A stretch of 64,000 nt of DNA from Callorhinchus milii (Eukaryota), in assembly GCF_018977255.1 (NCBI RefSeq), contig NW_024704743.1, positions 44,394,001 to 44,458,000 on the forward strand. The letters run 5' to 3'. The position numbers and the translations under genes were made by a program. The notes under the pieces were generated by a model. It did not search any database and had not been told where the DNA came from. It saw nothing but the letters and a program-made list of their open reading frames with translations. Shown here in pieces: positions 49,953 through 61,549 of the stretch. Position 1 is the stretch's first letter. The number at the start of each line of letters is the position of its first letter.

Positions 49953-50030
49953 GGGGGCTGGAGGCTGGGGGGGGCTGGGGGTGGGGGGGCTGGAGGGGCT
50001 GGGGGGCGGGGGCTGGAGGCTGGGGGCTGG
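49953..50030 (+). repeat. G-rich GGGGGCTGG(A) repeat, potential G-quadruplex
   Basis: Multiple G4-G8 runs separated by short CT/CTGGA linkers. Confidence 0.75.
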
Positions 50031-51134
50031 AATGGGAAATTTGGGATTGGAACCAATTCGTGAATTTTCGAACAAAACTGTTGTGGCCCAGCACTGAACT
50101 TTTCCTTCGTTATTCCCAAGGGAGGGTACATGTGCCTATGAAGCTCATGGTGTTCAGTATTCCTGGTGTTTTCCATGCTGGAAATAGTGATGGATGTGCT
50201 GATGCTGATGTAAAACGTGTTGCTGATGATCAGTGGGATATTGTAAAAGTTCCTTTGAGTGTCTCAGTATTCAGGTGTGAGTGAACAGGTTCCTTATCTT
50301 TGACACCAATGGTGAGTGGTTTGATACTGGTCTGAAGTGATTTTTAAGCCATTCTTTGAAGCAGTTCTGGGTCCAGATTGTGATCCCAAATTGGCTGTAA
50401 ATTGTGGCCGAGTATTGATTATTTGCATTTTAGGAATAAAGAGCTGATTAGTACACGAACCCACGTAATTATAGAAGCTTCAAAGGTTGTGTAATTTTGT
50501 TTGTATTTTCGTCCTTTAGCATGTCTGCAGTTACATTAATTTTGCAACAATTGCTCACAACATTGTCCTGGCAAAAAATGTTGAAATCACATTGGAATTT
50601 CAGGTACACTGAAGGCAAGTTTATGTAATCCAAGTGAATGTTAGGAAACTAGCTCGGAATTTAATAAGATTCAACTGCGAATACATAATTTAATAACACA
50701 GTACATTACAATCTTCTTTTGCAGCAGGATTGTTTCAAACAAATTCTAGGGTTAAACTATCATTAATAACAATTCTGTGCTGTCGTTCATACCACATGAT
50801 TGCTGTGTTAATGGGAACCTCAGCACCAAGCATGCATATATTTATCAGAAATCTATGTCCAATGGCTTTGAAGAACAAGCAGTCTCAACTTGTGGTGTAT
50901 TTGATCTTGAGCTGATTGAACTTTGCAAGCCTTGTTGAAACTTTATTGCAGCCTACATCACTCATTGAGAAATAACTTCATAGAAATAACTGTTACTTTT
51001 ATTTCCCATTTATTTCCTCCAAAATGCACAGACATTTTGAAATAATGTTCTTGTGCCCTTCTGGGGGTAATTTGGGGGAAGGATTTTTTTTCAGAATCAC
51101 GGTGACAGGCGTTTGTTAGTTGTCAAGACAAGGA

Positions 51135-51450
51135 GAAATAATATTACTTGCATTTGATACAGCGCCTTTTCATGTCAGGAGGATGTCTCAAAGCACTTCA
51201 CAGGATATACTGTAAATTGGAATAAATGTGTATTTTTTAGGTGAACATGCAGCAAATTTGCACACAGCAAAGTCCCACAAACAGCCATGAAGTGAGTGAC
51301 CAGTTTTTTGGGGAGGGTTTTGTTGGCCAGGACACAAGGAAATACTCCCTTCTCTTTTTGAATCGTGACATGGGATCTGTATCGTCCACCTGAACTTGAA
51401 CTGACAGACAGGGCTTCAGTTTAACAAACATCTGATCCACAGGACAGTCT
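51135..51450 (-). mobile_element. DeuSINE (family A), 5'-truncated, intronic
   Basis: The reverse complement contains AGATCCCATGTCAC, GTGTCCTGGCCAAC, ATGGCTGTTTGTGGGAC and the tail. Confidence 0.8.
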
Positions 51451-51719
51451 GTCAGAATCTTTTTCCTGGTTCAAGGAATGGAAGCAGCGTAATCCTCCTG
51501 GCTGGGTGGCTTTCCAGGATGGTAGCACAATCTCTCTGGTCTTGATAATCCTTTTAATTGACAAGTACGGTTGAATCTTTTTGCTCGTCATCCAAATGAT
51601 AATGGCAAGTGTGCTGCAAACACCATAGCTTCTGCAGCATATGTCTGGAGAAGGTTCTAACCGTGCACATTTGTTAAGGTTTTTAGTTGTTTGTGATGCA
51701 GCCAGTTACTAGAAGCTGT

Positions 51720-51975
51720 ACAACAATAACAAACAACAAATTCCGTTTGTATAGCACCTTTCACATCAAGAGGGTGTCCCAAGGTGCTGGATAGTCAGGG
51801 ATCTGCACCGGAGCTGGTGGTTGGGATCAAGAGGCTTAGAAGGCTGGGAGGGTAAGGGTAGGAGGGTGACCGAAGGCACGGTCAAAGAGGAGGGTCTTGA
51901 GATGGATCTTGAAGGAAGCAAGGGAGGGGGCGAGGCGAAAGGACTGTGGGATGGAGTTCCAGAGTGGGGACAGAG
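51720..51975 (-). mobile_element. L2 LINE 3' end, intronic, antisense
   Basis: (CAA)n tail; reverse complement reads CTCTGGAACTCCATCCC...CTCAAGACCCTCCTCTTTGACCG. Confidence 0.85.
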
Positions 51976-52289
51976 AGGGTTGTATTGATTTCTATCACAT
52001 ACTTTTTTATTGTGGGCTTTGCTGGACAAATTGTATTTTGGGATAAAAATCATTAAGTCTTGACGTCTTCTAGTTGTTAGTTTGGCTCAGTCTGAGTGTA
52101 TTTTTTCTAGTATTTTGGCCAACAATGGCCTCCAAATAAATTGGTTATTTGTCTCGTGGCTATTTGTGGGCCGAGGTGTGTCAACAAAATTAGTCACTAC
52201 ACTTGAGAATAAATGCTCCAAAGCACTTTGATGTAAGGTGCTATAAAAATGCAAGTTCTTTCTTCTAGTTAATTACTTTATTACCACCA

Positions 52290-55200
52290 CTGTCTCGCCC
52301 CTCAGGCTGCCGAAACCCTCACACGCATTCGTCACCTCAAGGATCGACTACGGAAACTGCCTCCTTGTCGGCCTCCCCAACTCTTCCCTCCACAAGCTGC
52401 AGATCATGCAGAATTCTGCAGCTCATGTCTTCTCCCACACCAGGCACCGTGACCCCATCACCCCCACCCTCACCCGGTTCCATTGGCTCCCCATCCCTCA
52501 GAATAGAACTCAAAATCCTTGTCCTCGCTTTCAAGGTCCTCCATGGCTTTGCCCCTTCCTACCTCTCTGACCTGCTAAACTCCTATCAACCTGTCCACTC
52601 CCTCCGCCCAGCAGGCTCCAACCCGCCCTACCATCGGCGGACAGGGATTTCAGCCCTTTGGAATTCCATTCCACAATCCCTTTGCCTTGTTCCCTCCCTT
52701 ACCTCCTTCAAGGCATGACTCAAGACCCTCCTTTTCGACCGTGCCTTCAGCCGCCCTCCTACCTTTCTGCCCTTGCTCAAATATCCTATCCCTCTGGCCT
52801 TCCACCCGCGAAGATCCTGAAGCAGCCGTCCAGCTGCTCCATGATCGCCTCTCCTCCGCCTTCAACTCCTTCGTCCCCCTGAAATCCAGGACCATCTCCA
52901 AACCCACCCGATCCCCCTGGTACAACAACCATCTCCTCTGCCTAAAAACCCAAACCCGGCTGCTTGAGCGCAAATGGCGGAAAACTGGCCTGACAGTTCA
53001 CCAGCAACTGTGGCTCGAGCATCGCCACAGCTACCGCCATTCTTTGACACGTGCAAAAACGGCCTTCTACTCCAACATCAACTTGGAGGCTAAACACAAC
53101 CCTAAAATCCTTTTTTCCACCACCCACTACCTCCTCCGTGACCCCCTCAGTCCTCCTCAATTTTCATATCAAATGCCAAGTGCGAGGAGGTCATGGAGTT
53201 CTTTTCATCTAAAATACACAACATCCGCCAGGCAGCCTCATCCACCTGCCTCTTGTCACCCACCACCATGCCCTCTCTGTGCCCCTCACCCTCCCCATCA
53301 TCTGCTCCTACCACCACCCCCATCCTACACTCCTTCCTCCCTGTGGAGTCCTGTAGCTCAGTGGTTAGAGCACTTGCTTTACAAGTGAGACACCTGGGTT
53401 CAATTCCAGGCAGGGCGAAACCTTGGGCAAGTTTCCTTACTCCACACAGAGCCTAATAATAATCCCTCCAAAACAAAACAATAATAAATTGGTCATTTTC
53501 AATTCACGATTGTTTGTGGGACACTGCTGTGCGCAATTGGCTGCCGCGTTTCGCCCACAAATATACAGTCAATTCACTTCACAGTCTATTCTGTGAAGCG
53601 CTTTGAGACGTCTAGAAGACGTGAAAAGCGCTATATCAAATGCAAGATTTATTATTATTATCTCTCCCTCCTTCCTCTCACCCACCATCACCTCCATGAA
53701 ACCCACCACCCGCTGCCTTGACCCCACTCCCCACCAACTTGCTGGTCACCCAGCTCCCCCTCCTCTGCCCACTACTGGCTGATGTCATGAACCAGTCCCT
53801 CCCTCCAGATCAGTCTCTGCCCCCCTCAAAACTGCTGTCATCACCCCCCTCCTCAAAGCACCTTCCCTGGATCCCTCAAACCCCAGCCACTACCGCCCCA
53901 TTTCTAACCTGCCCTTCCTCGCAAAAGTTCAAGAACGCGTTGTTGCCCATCAACTCCGCGCATACCTCTTCTCCCACTCCCTCTTCGAACCCCTCCAGTC
54001 TGGTTTCCGTCCTGCCCACAGTACAGAGATTGCGCTAGTGGAAGTCACAAATGACATCCTCTCTATCTGTGACCAGGGCTTCCTCTGCCTCCTTGTCCTC
54101 CTGGATCTCTCCGCCGCGTTCGACAGAGTCGATCACTCATTCTCCTCCACCGCCTCCTCTGTCATCCACCTCAGTGGGACTGCACTCGCTTGGTTTGAGT
54201 CCTACCTCACAAACTGTCAGCAGTACATCTGCATAAACGGCTTCTCCCTCTCTCATCCGGTCACCTGCGGGGTATCCCAAGGATCCATCCTTGGCCCCCT
54301 CCTCTTTCTGATCTACATGCTCCCTCTTGGGGATGTCATCCGCAGACATGGGGTACATTTCCACATGTATTCGGACGACACCCAACTCTATTTTTCCACC
54401 TCTCTTTGCAATCACCAGTCCCCTGATGTTCTGTCAGCCTGCCTGTCAGACCTCAGGGGCTGGATGAGCGCAAATTTCCTTCAGCTGAACGTTGACAAGA
54501 CGGAAGCCATACTCTTTGGCTCTCGTCAACGTCTAAAATCTCACAGTTCTCACCTCCTCCACCTACCCGACCTCCCCCTAAAACTCTCCAAACCCATACG
54601 CTACCTAGCTGTCAACTTCGACCCCCAATTATCCTTCCTCTCCCACTCCGGTCCCTCACCAGCACCGCTTTCTTTCACCTCCGATGCATCGCCCGTCTCC
54701 GCCAATACCTCTCTCCGATAGCCGCTGAAACCCTGGTCCATGCCTTGGTCACCTCTCGGCTGGACTGTTGAAACTCCCTTCTCACCGGCCAACCCTCCAC
54801 TACCATCCATAAAATCCAGATTATTCAAAACTCTGCCGCCCGCATTCTCGCCCGCATTCTCACCCGCACCAACCTCCGCTCTCCAATCACCCCAGTCCTT
54901 GCCAGACTGCACTGGCTGCCTGTCCCAGAGAGGATCGATTTAAAGATCCTCACCCTTGTCTTCAAATCCCTCCACTCCTCTGCACCCTCCTACTTCTCTG
55001 ACCTCCTCTCTCCTCAAAACAATCCCCGTTGCTTTCGTTCCTCCGGGTCTGGCCTCCTCCTTGTCCCTCAAATCTTCCGCTCCACCCTTGACAACTGAGC
55101 CTTCAGCCACTATGTCCCGAGGCTCTGGAACTCCCTTCCTCACTCCCTTCGCCTCACCCCCTCTCTTCCTATTTTCAAGCCTCTGCTGAAGACCTTTCTT

Positions 55201-55450
55201 TTGGACCGCGCCTTTGGTCACCTTCCTCCCCCTCTCCCTGGGATGGCCCCGGGATATGTTACTGTGAAGTGTTCTGAGACCCCGTCCGGCGTGGAGGGCA
55301 CTATATAAATCCAAGTTGTTGTTGTTATTCCTCATCCCACTCCTGCTCCCCCCCCAACTCCCCACACTCGGGTCCTGATTCCTGATTGTTCAGCGCCTTG
55401 GGACATCCTCCCGATGTGAAAGGTGCTTTACAAATGTAATTTTGCTGTTG
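52290..55450 (+). mobile_element. Nested L2 cluster: outer L2 (52290-52773 + 55329-55450), inner about 2.2 kb L2 (52774-55328) carrying a SINE
   Basis: The inner copy encodes frameshifted ORF2 remnants (SPWYN, LERKWRKT, LVLLDLSAAFD, GVSQGSILGPLLFLIYM, MYSDDTQLY) and ends in (GTT)n at about 55326. The outer 3' UTR then resumes. Confidence 0.9.
53343..53661 (+). mobile_element. SINE family B, short form, inserted in L2 ORF2
   Basis: Complete head-to-(ATT)n copy with L2 sequence resuming on both sides. Confidence 0.92.
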
Positions 55451-55451
55451 T

Positions 55452-55670
55452 AGTAGTAATAATAATAATCCTTGCGTTTGCTTTTCATATCAGGAGGATA
55501 TTTCCATTTCACCAGGATTTACTGTAAAGTGTGACTGTATATGTAGGTAAACACGGCAGTCGATTTGAGCACAGCAGTGTTCCACAAACAGTCATAAAGT
55601 GAATTACCAATTTTATCTTTGGGATTATCAACTAGAATAGTGCCATGGGTTCTTTAATGTCCACCATAAA
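55452..55670 (-). mobile_element. DeuSINE 3' fragment, tail-to-tail with L2
   Basis: (AAT)n-CCTTGC tail and GTGCCATGGGTTCTTTAATGTCCACC (reverse of the Deu-like motif). Confidence 0.7.
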
Positions 55671-57769
55671 ATCACAGGATAAACTGTAAAGTTTAGTGTA
55701 TTTTGAAGTGAAATTGTGTATTGAAAGTAGAAATAAAAGATCACAGCTTGGAGTGAAAATAAATGCAAGATTGTGTTTGATTTAGACATTTAGTTCTGTA
55801 ATGTATACCGAATTCTTGTCTGATGGACATTTTGAGAATATTGTAATTGATGTAAAGTAGGTGAAAACGATTATCGTTCTGAATTTGTCTTGTCAATGGA
55901 TTTCTTGAGAATACCTCTTTTATATGGGAGATAATATATTTTACCTACCTGCTTCCACTTGGGTGTTAGTTGCATTCTCGCCTCTGACCCAGCGCCTTGC
56001 GACATCCTCCCGACGTTAAAGGCACTATGCAAACGTAATTTTGTTGTTGTTGAGTTAGAAGGTTTGTGGAATTAAGACTCGCATCTGAATGTTGAGCGGA
56101 TGCAATGTTAAGGAGTGGATTTATAGAGGTGCTGTCCTTTAGTCGAGACCATCCGACTCCTAATGAAAGCATGTTTATTGCATTGGCCTCTTCCAATCAG
56201 TCTGGACTGAATTCAAAGTCCCAATGTGGGTAAGAGTGTTACCATCTCGGCCAGGATAACACACCTGCTGAGCAAGGACATGAGAGAAGTTGAGAAAAAT
56301 TGGTTTGGTAGTGAAGTATGGATTTGAAATTATGAGATATTTTTGTGGAAGAAGAGAACAAAAGGTGGAGGGAGTTCAGTTCCACAGTCTTGTGGCCGTT
56401 GGAAAGAAGGTTTGAAGGAGCAGTGGTGTTAAAGCACTAAAATTGATCTTGGTAATCCCCACAATAAGGAAAGAGCAGCTGTGGTTCCCAATACTGTTTG
56501 TTATTCAGCGAATCATGTTGCAAAGAGATCTGTGTAGAAATTGGGTGACAAACCAAGACTGTCTCAGCTGTTATGTTCTCCAAAGTCAAATGGGCCATAG
56601 ATGCTCAAAGTCTATGTTCACGTGTGGAGGATGCATAGTAGCAGAGAACTTTCTTTGCCAGCAGATCTGGAAGCATATCTCAGTGCACGTTGGTATTTGG
56701 CGAGAGGTGTAGTATGGTGGGTTGGGGGAGACTTTGGAGAAGAAAAGTGATTTTCAGTAGTAAAACTTTTCTATTTTTTCAGCAAATTCCACTGTTAACC
56801 AGCACTCTTGCGGTTTGGATTAGCAGGGGTTCTTCCTTGAGGGAATTGGATGAGAGGAATCTTTGCGCCAAAATTAAAGATTAAATAATAAAGTGGAATC
56901 ATAAAGACCTCATTAATATATGTAATACTTGAAAGAAAATCAACTCCATCCAAACTGTGGGGAAGCTAGAGCTGTAAATGTAATGTGTGTTGCGCAGATA
57001 TTTTTGGTGGCTGGCAGTGGGAACATTGCAAGTCAGAGAGAGAGGTTAATGGCATAATAAAACCCAGATATTTTCCTGATGTGAAATAAGCACAGGAAGT
57101 TATATAAATTGAGATTAGTGAATTTATAAATCCTGTGAATGAGAAACCCTTTGACTCACAAATCAGTAACATATTTCGTCAACGCCTGGAAACCAATGGA
57201 TGTGATAACAGAAGTCAAACATCATGGCATGGTTATTATGAATTTAAAATGCAAATATTTAATTTGTAGTCATTTGGTGGAAATATTTTAATAGTGCAGT
57301 CCAATCTAGTTGCTGTGCAACACTTGGTGTGAATCATTGCTGCATAGCTGAAAAATCCTATAAATAGTGTGGCTGAATAAAGCATGATTACTTTAAAGTG
57401 AAGGTTTCAGTATTCATTGTTTCAGATTATTCCATCACTGAGGACATATCCTTTTTTCACCCTTCCTCCTTTGGGAGTCCTCCTTTCTCCTTTGGGAGAG
57501 ATTGGAAACTATGTACAAAATATTTAGATTCACTTAGAAAGGCTGCGTTGAGGCGTTTCATTTGGGTTCTCGAGGCACGGGTGACATTGATTCCCAGTTT
57601 GATATGTTTATACTCAAATAAGAGTGGACGACTGGAAAATCAGACAGCATATCTCATGAAACTCTAGTGTTTTCTTTTCAAAAATGTTAACCAGTTGCTC
57701 CAAAAGAGCACTGGAGCCTCTGTTGGAAAATTAGATTTTAAATCCTATTCTCTACTGGCAATGGATTCG

Positions 57770-58080
57770 ATCATAGAACGTTACAGCACAGAAATAGACT
57801 GTTTGGCCCATAACGTTTGCACTGGTGTTTTCTCCACATGAGCTAACAAATAGAGTCACACTCTCTTGTTCGCTCCATATTATCGTTTAATATTCCCGAT
57901 TATTAAACACGCATCAAATTCCCCTTTGAAAGAAGTTATGGACTCTGCTTCAACAAAGCTTCAACAATTTCCCATTTCAACCAGCCTCTACGTAACAATT
58001 TTTTCTCTTGGACAATCTTAAGTTTGTGCCTGCTCTTAATTGATTCATTGCCCAGTGGAGACAATCTATTACTGTTTGCC
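57770..58080 (-). mobile_element. CR1-type 3' end, antisense, diverged
   Basis: ATCATAGAACGTTACAGCACAGAA...GTTTGGCCCAT...TCAAATTCCCCTTTGAAAG...GACTCTGCTTC is the reverse of a CR1 3' end. Confidence 0.6.
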
Positions 58081-58650
58081 AATAGCTTGTATACCCTGTG
58101 TTTGGGCTTCCTTAGCTGTGAGCTGACCTTTCAAATGAAGCAATTCACAGTAGTGAAAGTTCTTCATATTCCTCATTATATCCAATGAGCTTAAACACTA
58201 CTTATAACCCATAATAATGTCACAGCTGTAAGATAGTCTTGATGTGCATTGATTGTGTGAATGCTTAATGAGTTTCTGACTCAGACTATCCTGAAAGTGT
58301 GACTGAAAATGAGAATGTGTTTGTAACTGGTGCAAGTGATAATCTTATGAAGACGATAGGCAAAAGGCAGTTCTCGATTGGAGAATCCTAGCTGCAGTTA
58401 TGCAGCAAGTGTTGATCCAGCATGCCTGCCCTCCCTCAGGGACTCCACCAAACTTAAGCGAACTCCGGGTATCATTCATTTGCTGCAGTAAACTTTGGAG
58501 ACGAGTTTTCATTGAGGAAGATGAGCAAACAGTACAGATAACATCTCACAAAATCCAGATTAACTACAGTGCTTTCCTGGGGGTAATCCTTCAAAAAGAG
58601 ATGTATAAATAATAATTTGGTCACTCAATCCCGACTGTTTATGGTATACT

Positions 58651-59012
58651 GTGGAGTCCTGTAGCGTAGTGGTTAGACCACTCGCAAGCGAGAGGCGAGA
58701 GGCCCTGGTTCGATTCCTGGTAGGGTGAAACGTTGGACCACATGCTTCTGTTTACCAAGCGGTGAGTAGGAACCCCCGGTTGTTAGTCAATTGGCAGGTT
58801 CAATTTCCGGGGGTAGTAATTCCTTCAAAAAAAAATAAACCAGTCACTCAACCCACGACTGTTTGTGGGACATTGCTGTGCGCAATTGACTGTTGCGTTT
58901 TCCCCTCAAAATATACAGTTAATTCACATTACAGTATATTATGTAGGGCGCTTTGAGACATCTCGAAGATGCGATAAGGCGCTATATCAAATGCGAGGAT
59001 CATTATTATTAT
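58651..59012 (+). mobile_element. SINE family B, long form
   Basis: GTGGAGTCCTGTAGCG head through to the ATTATTATT tail. Confidence 0.85.
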
Positions 59013-59369
59013 TAAACCTGCCTCATTCTTTTAATTGGAATCAATGAAAACAAACATGTGTCGAGTCAGTGCCTGATGTGGTGCTGTGCCATGCAGATCA
59101 GGAAGTTAGGTAGGATATGAGCTGAGTTAGCAGATCGTACCTCAGATGGCAGAAAAAAACACTGTAGTTTGCCTTAATGAGAATAGGCTTAGTAGAGAGG
59201 AAGGAGGAAGAGATTGGGGTTCCTGCTCCTGACCATTAAATAGTGACTCTTGCAAGAAAGATTTGTGCATGAACACTCCTTTAGTGCTACAGTGAACTCC
59301 TGTAGCACAGTGGTAAAGAAATATTATTATTAAATTTAAAATAGTTCAAAGTTGTGATTGTAGGATGGT

Positions 59370-59721
59370 AGGAGCCTGTAGCATTGTAGTTAAAGCACTT
59401 GCTTCACAAGCAAGAGGACCCAGGTTGGATTCCCGGGCAGTGTGATACCTTAGGCAAGTTTCCTTACTCCACACGCCTCTGCTTACCTAGCAGTAAGAAG
59501 GAACCCAGTTGTTAGATCTCTCTGGGGGTAAAAATCCCTACAAATAAATAAATAGTGTGGTCACTCAATCCACGACTGTTTGCGGGAAATTGCTGTGCAC
59601 AATTGGATGCCGTTTATTGCCCACAAAATATAGTCAATTCACTTTGCAATATATTCAGTGAAGCGCTTTGAGACGTCTCAACGTTATAGTAAGGTGCTAT
59701 ATCAAATGCAAGGATTATTAT
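59370..59721 (+). mobile_element. SINE family B, long form (diverged)
   Basis: Head, TAGGCAAGTTTCCTTACTCCACACGCCTCTG segment and tail. Confidence 0.8.
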
Positions 59722-60704
59722 ATGGTATCATCCTCAGCTGTGATACTTCTATCACACAATTGTTGAACACTTTGGTCAACATAAGCGTCAAATGCCCATC
59801 TCCCCCTTTCTTGCTAGGATCCACTTACTTCTACAGATTGACTTCAAGATCCTAACTCTCATCTACAAATCCCCCATGCTCGCCCTCTCCGTTTGACAAA
59901 TTGATGCATGTTTCTCACCCTTTTCGCCTCAACTATTGACAGTTATGCCTCTGGCCACTATACCACAACCCTCTGGAACTCCCTCCGAAAATCATCCCCA
60001 AAACACCTCCCTATCGGTCCTTAAAAGCATCTTTAAAATTCTCCCAAAAATCTATTTCTTCGGTCATGATTACAGTGACCATCTTCCTTCTACACACTCC
60101 CTCCCTGCTCGATAGCTGGTACCATTTCAGTAATTTTCTCAAGTCGTTTCTCTATGTGAAAAGCAATATATAAAGGCAAGTTGTTGTTGGTGTTTTGTTT
60201 GACAAACTGATCACTTGGCAACACCTGTAGAACTATCATTTCATGCCTTAGAGCCTTCAGGGGAGAAGATGATCAACAGCCGATCATAACCAGCTCACAA
60301 TCATGTCCAGAATCTCAGGTTTCAAACTAAAGTAATGTGCCACTCAATCTACACGTGTGATTTATGCCATCTGTAGGATCATATATCTACCTGTATGATG
60401 TGTATACGAGCAAGGACTTATAGAGCTAAGAAAAAGTGGGAAATTGGTGTCTCCCTGACCTATTTTTCTTTCTGTACTGAAGTGGTTTAACAAAGACAAT
60501 GGGGGAAGGGGGGAATTCATGCATACAATAATACTTGTGCCTCGTTTATCAGGAATAGCTGGCAGATTGTGATCTGCAATAGAATTTTTTTTCATATCAA
60601 AGGTCCTATGTAAATATAAGTCCTTGTTGGAGAGATAGCTACCAATGCTCGTTGCATGGATGTAAGTAAATTCAAATGAGAACTGTTCATAATAGGTCAT
60701 ATTG

Positions 60705-61549
60705 TGAACAAGACTGATGACCTCCTGATTGTCTCGCGCCAGCGCCTCAGCACCGCAGACTCTGGCAGCATCAACCTCCACGGTTGCTCACTACAACTCA
60801 CCAAACCAGTCAGGAACCGAGGTGTCTTGTTCAACCCTCAACTGTCCTTTCTTCCCCACATTCAAGCCATGACCCGCTCTGCCTTCCCTCACCTCCATAA
60901 CATCGCCCGACTCCGCCACTACCTCACCCCTCAGGCCCTGAAACTCTTGTTCATGCCTTCATCACCTCCAGGCTCAACTATGCAAACGCCCTGCTTGTCG
61001 GCCTTCCCAACTCCTCCCTCCACAGGCTGCAGATAATCCAGAGCTCTTGCAGCCCGTGTATTCTCCTGCACCAAACTCCGTGACCCCATCTCCCCCACTC
61101 TCACCTGACTCCACTGGCTCCCTATCCTTCAGAGGATCCAGTTCAAGATCCTGGTCCTCGCATACAAGGCCCTCCATGGCCTCGCCCCACCCTACCTCTA
61201 CGACCTCCTAACCTCCTACCAACCCACTCGTTCCCTCTGCTCAGCCGGCTCTGGCCTGCTCCAGGTCCCCGACCCACCATTGACGGGAGAGCCTTCAGCC
61301 ACTCTGCCCTCAAACTCTGGAATTCCATCCCCCAGTTGCTCTGCCTCGTCCCCTCCTTAGCCTCCTTCAAGTCCCGTCTCAAGACCCTCCTCTTCGACAG
61401 ACCATGCCATCGGCCACCCCCCCCCCACCCCTCCTTTACCCCCGGCCCCCCCAACCCCAGCTCGGGTCTGAAATGCTGTACTCTGTCCAGCGCCTTGGGA
61501 CGTCCTCCTGACGTGAAAGGCGCTATACAAATGTAATCGTGTTGTTGTT
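60705..61549 (+). mobile_element. L2 LINE 3' portion
   Basis: QLTKPVRN, HNIARLRHYLTPQA, (GTT)n tail; highly similar to 16387-17200. Confidence 0.92.

Noticed and set aside
52687..54943. Functional reverse transcriptase gene
   Set aside because: It is 5'-truncated, frameshifted, interrupted by a SINE and has YSDD in place of YADD; a dead L2 copy.
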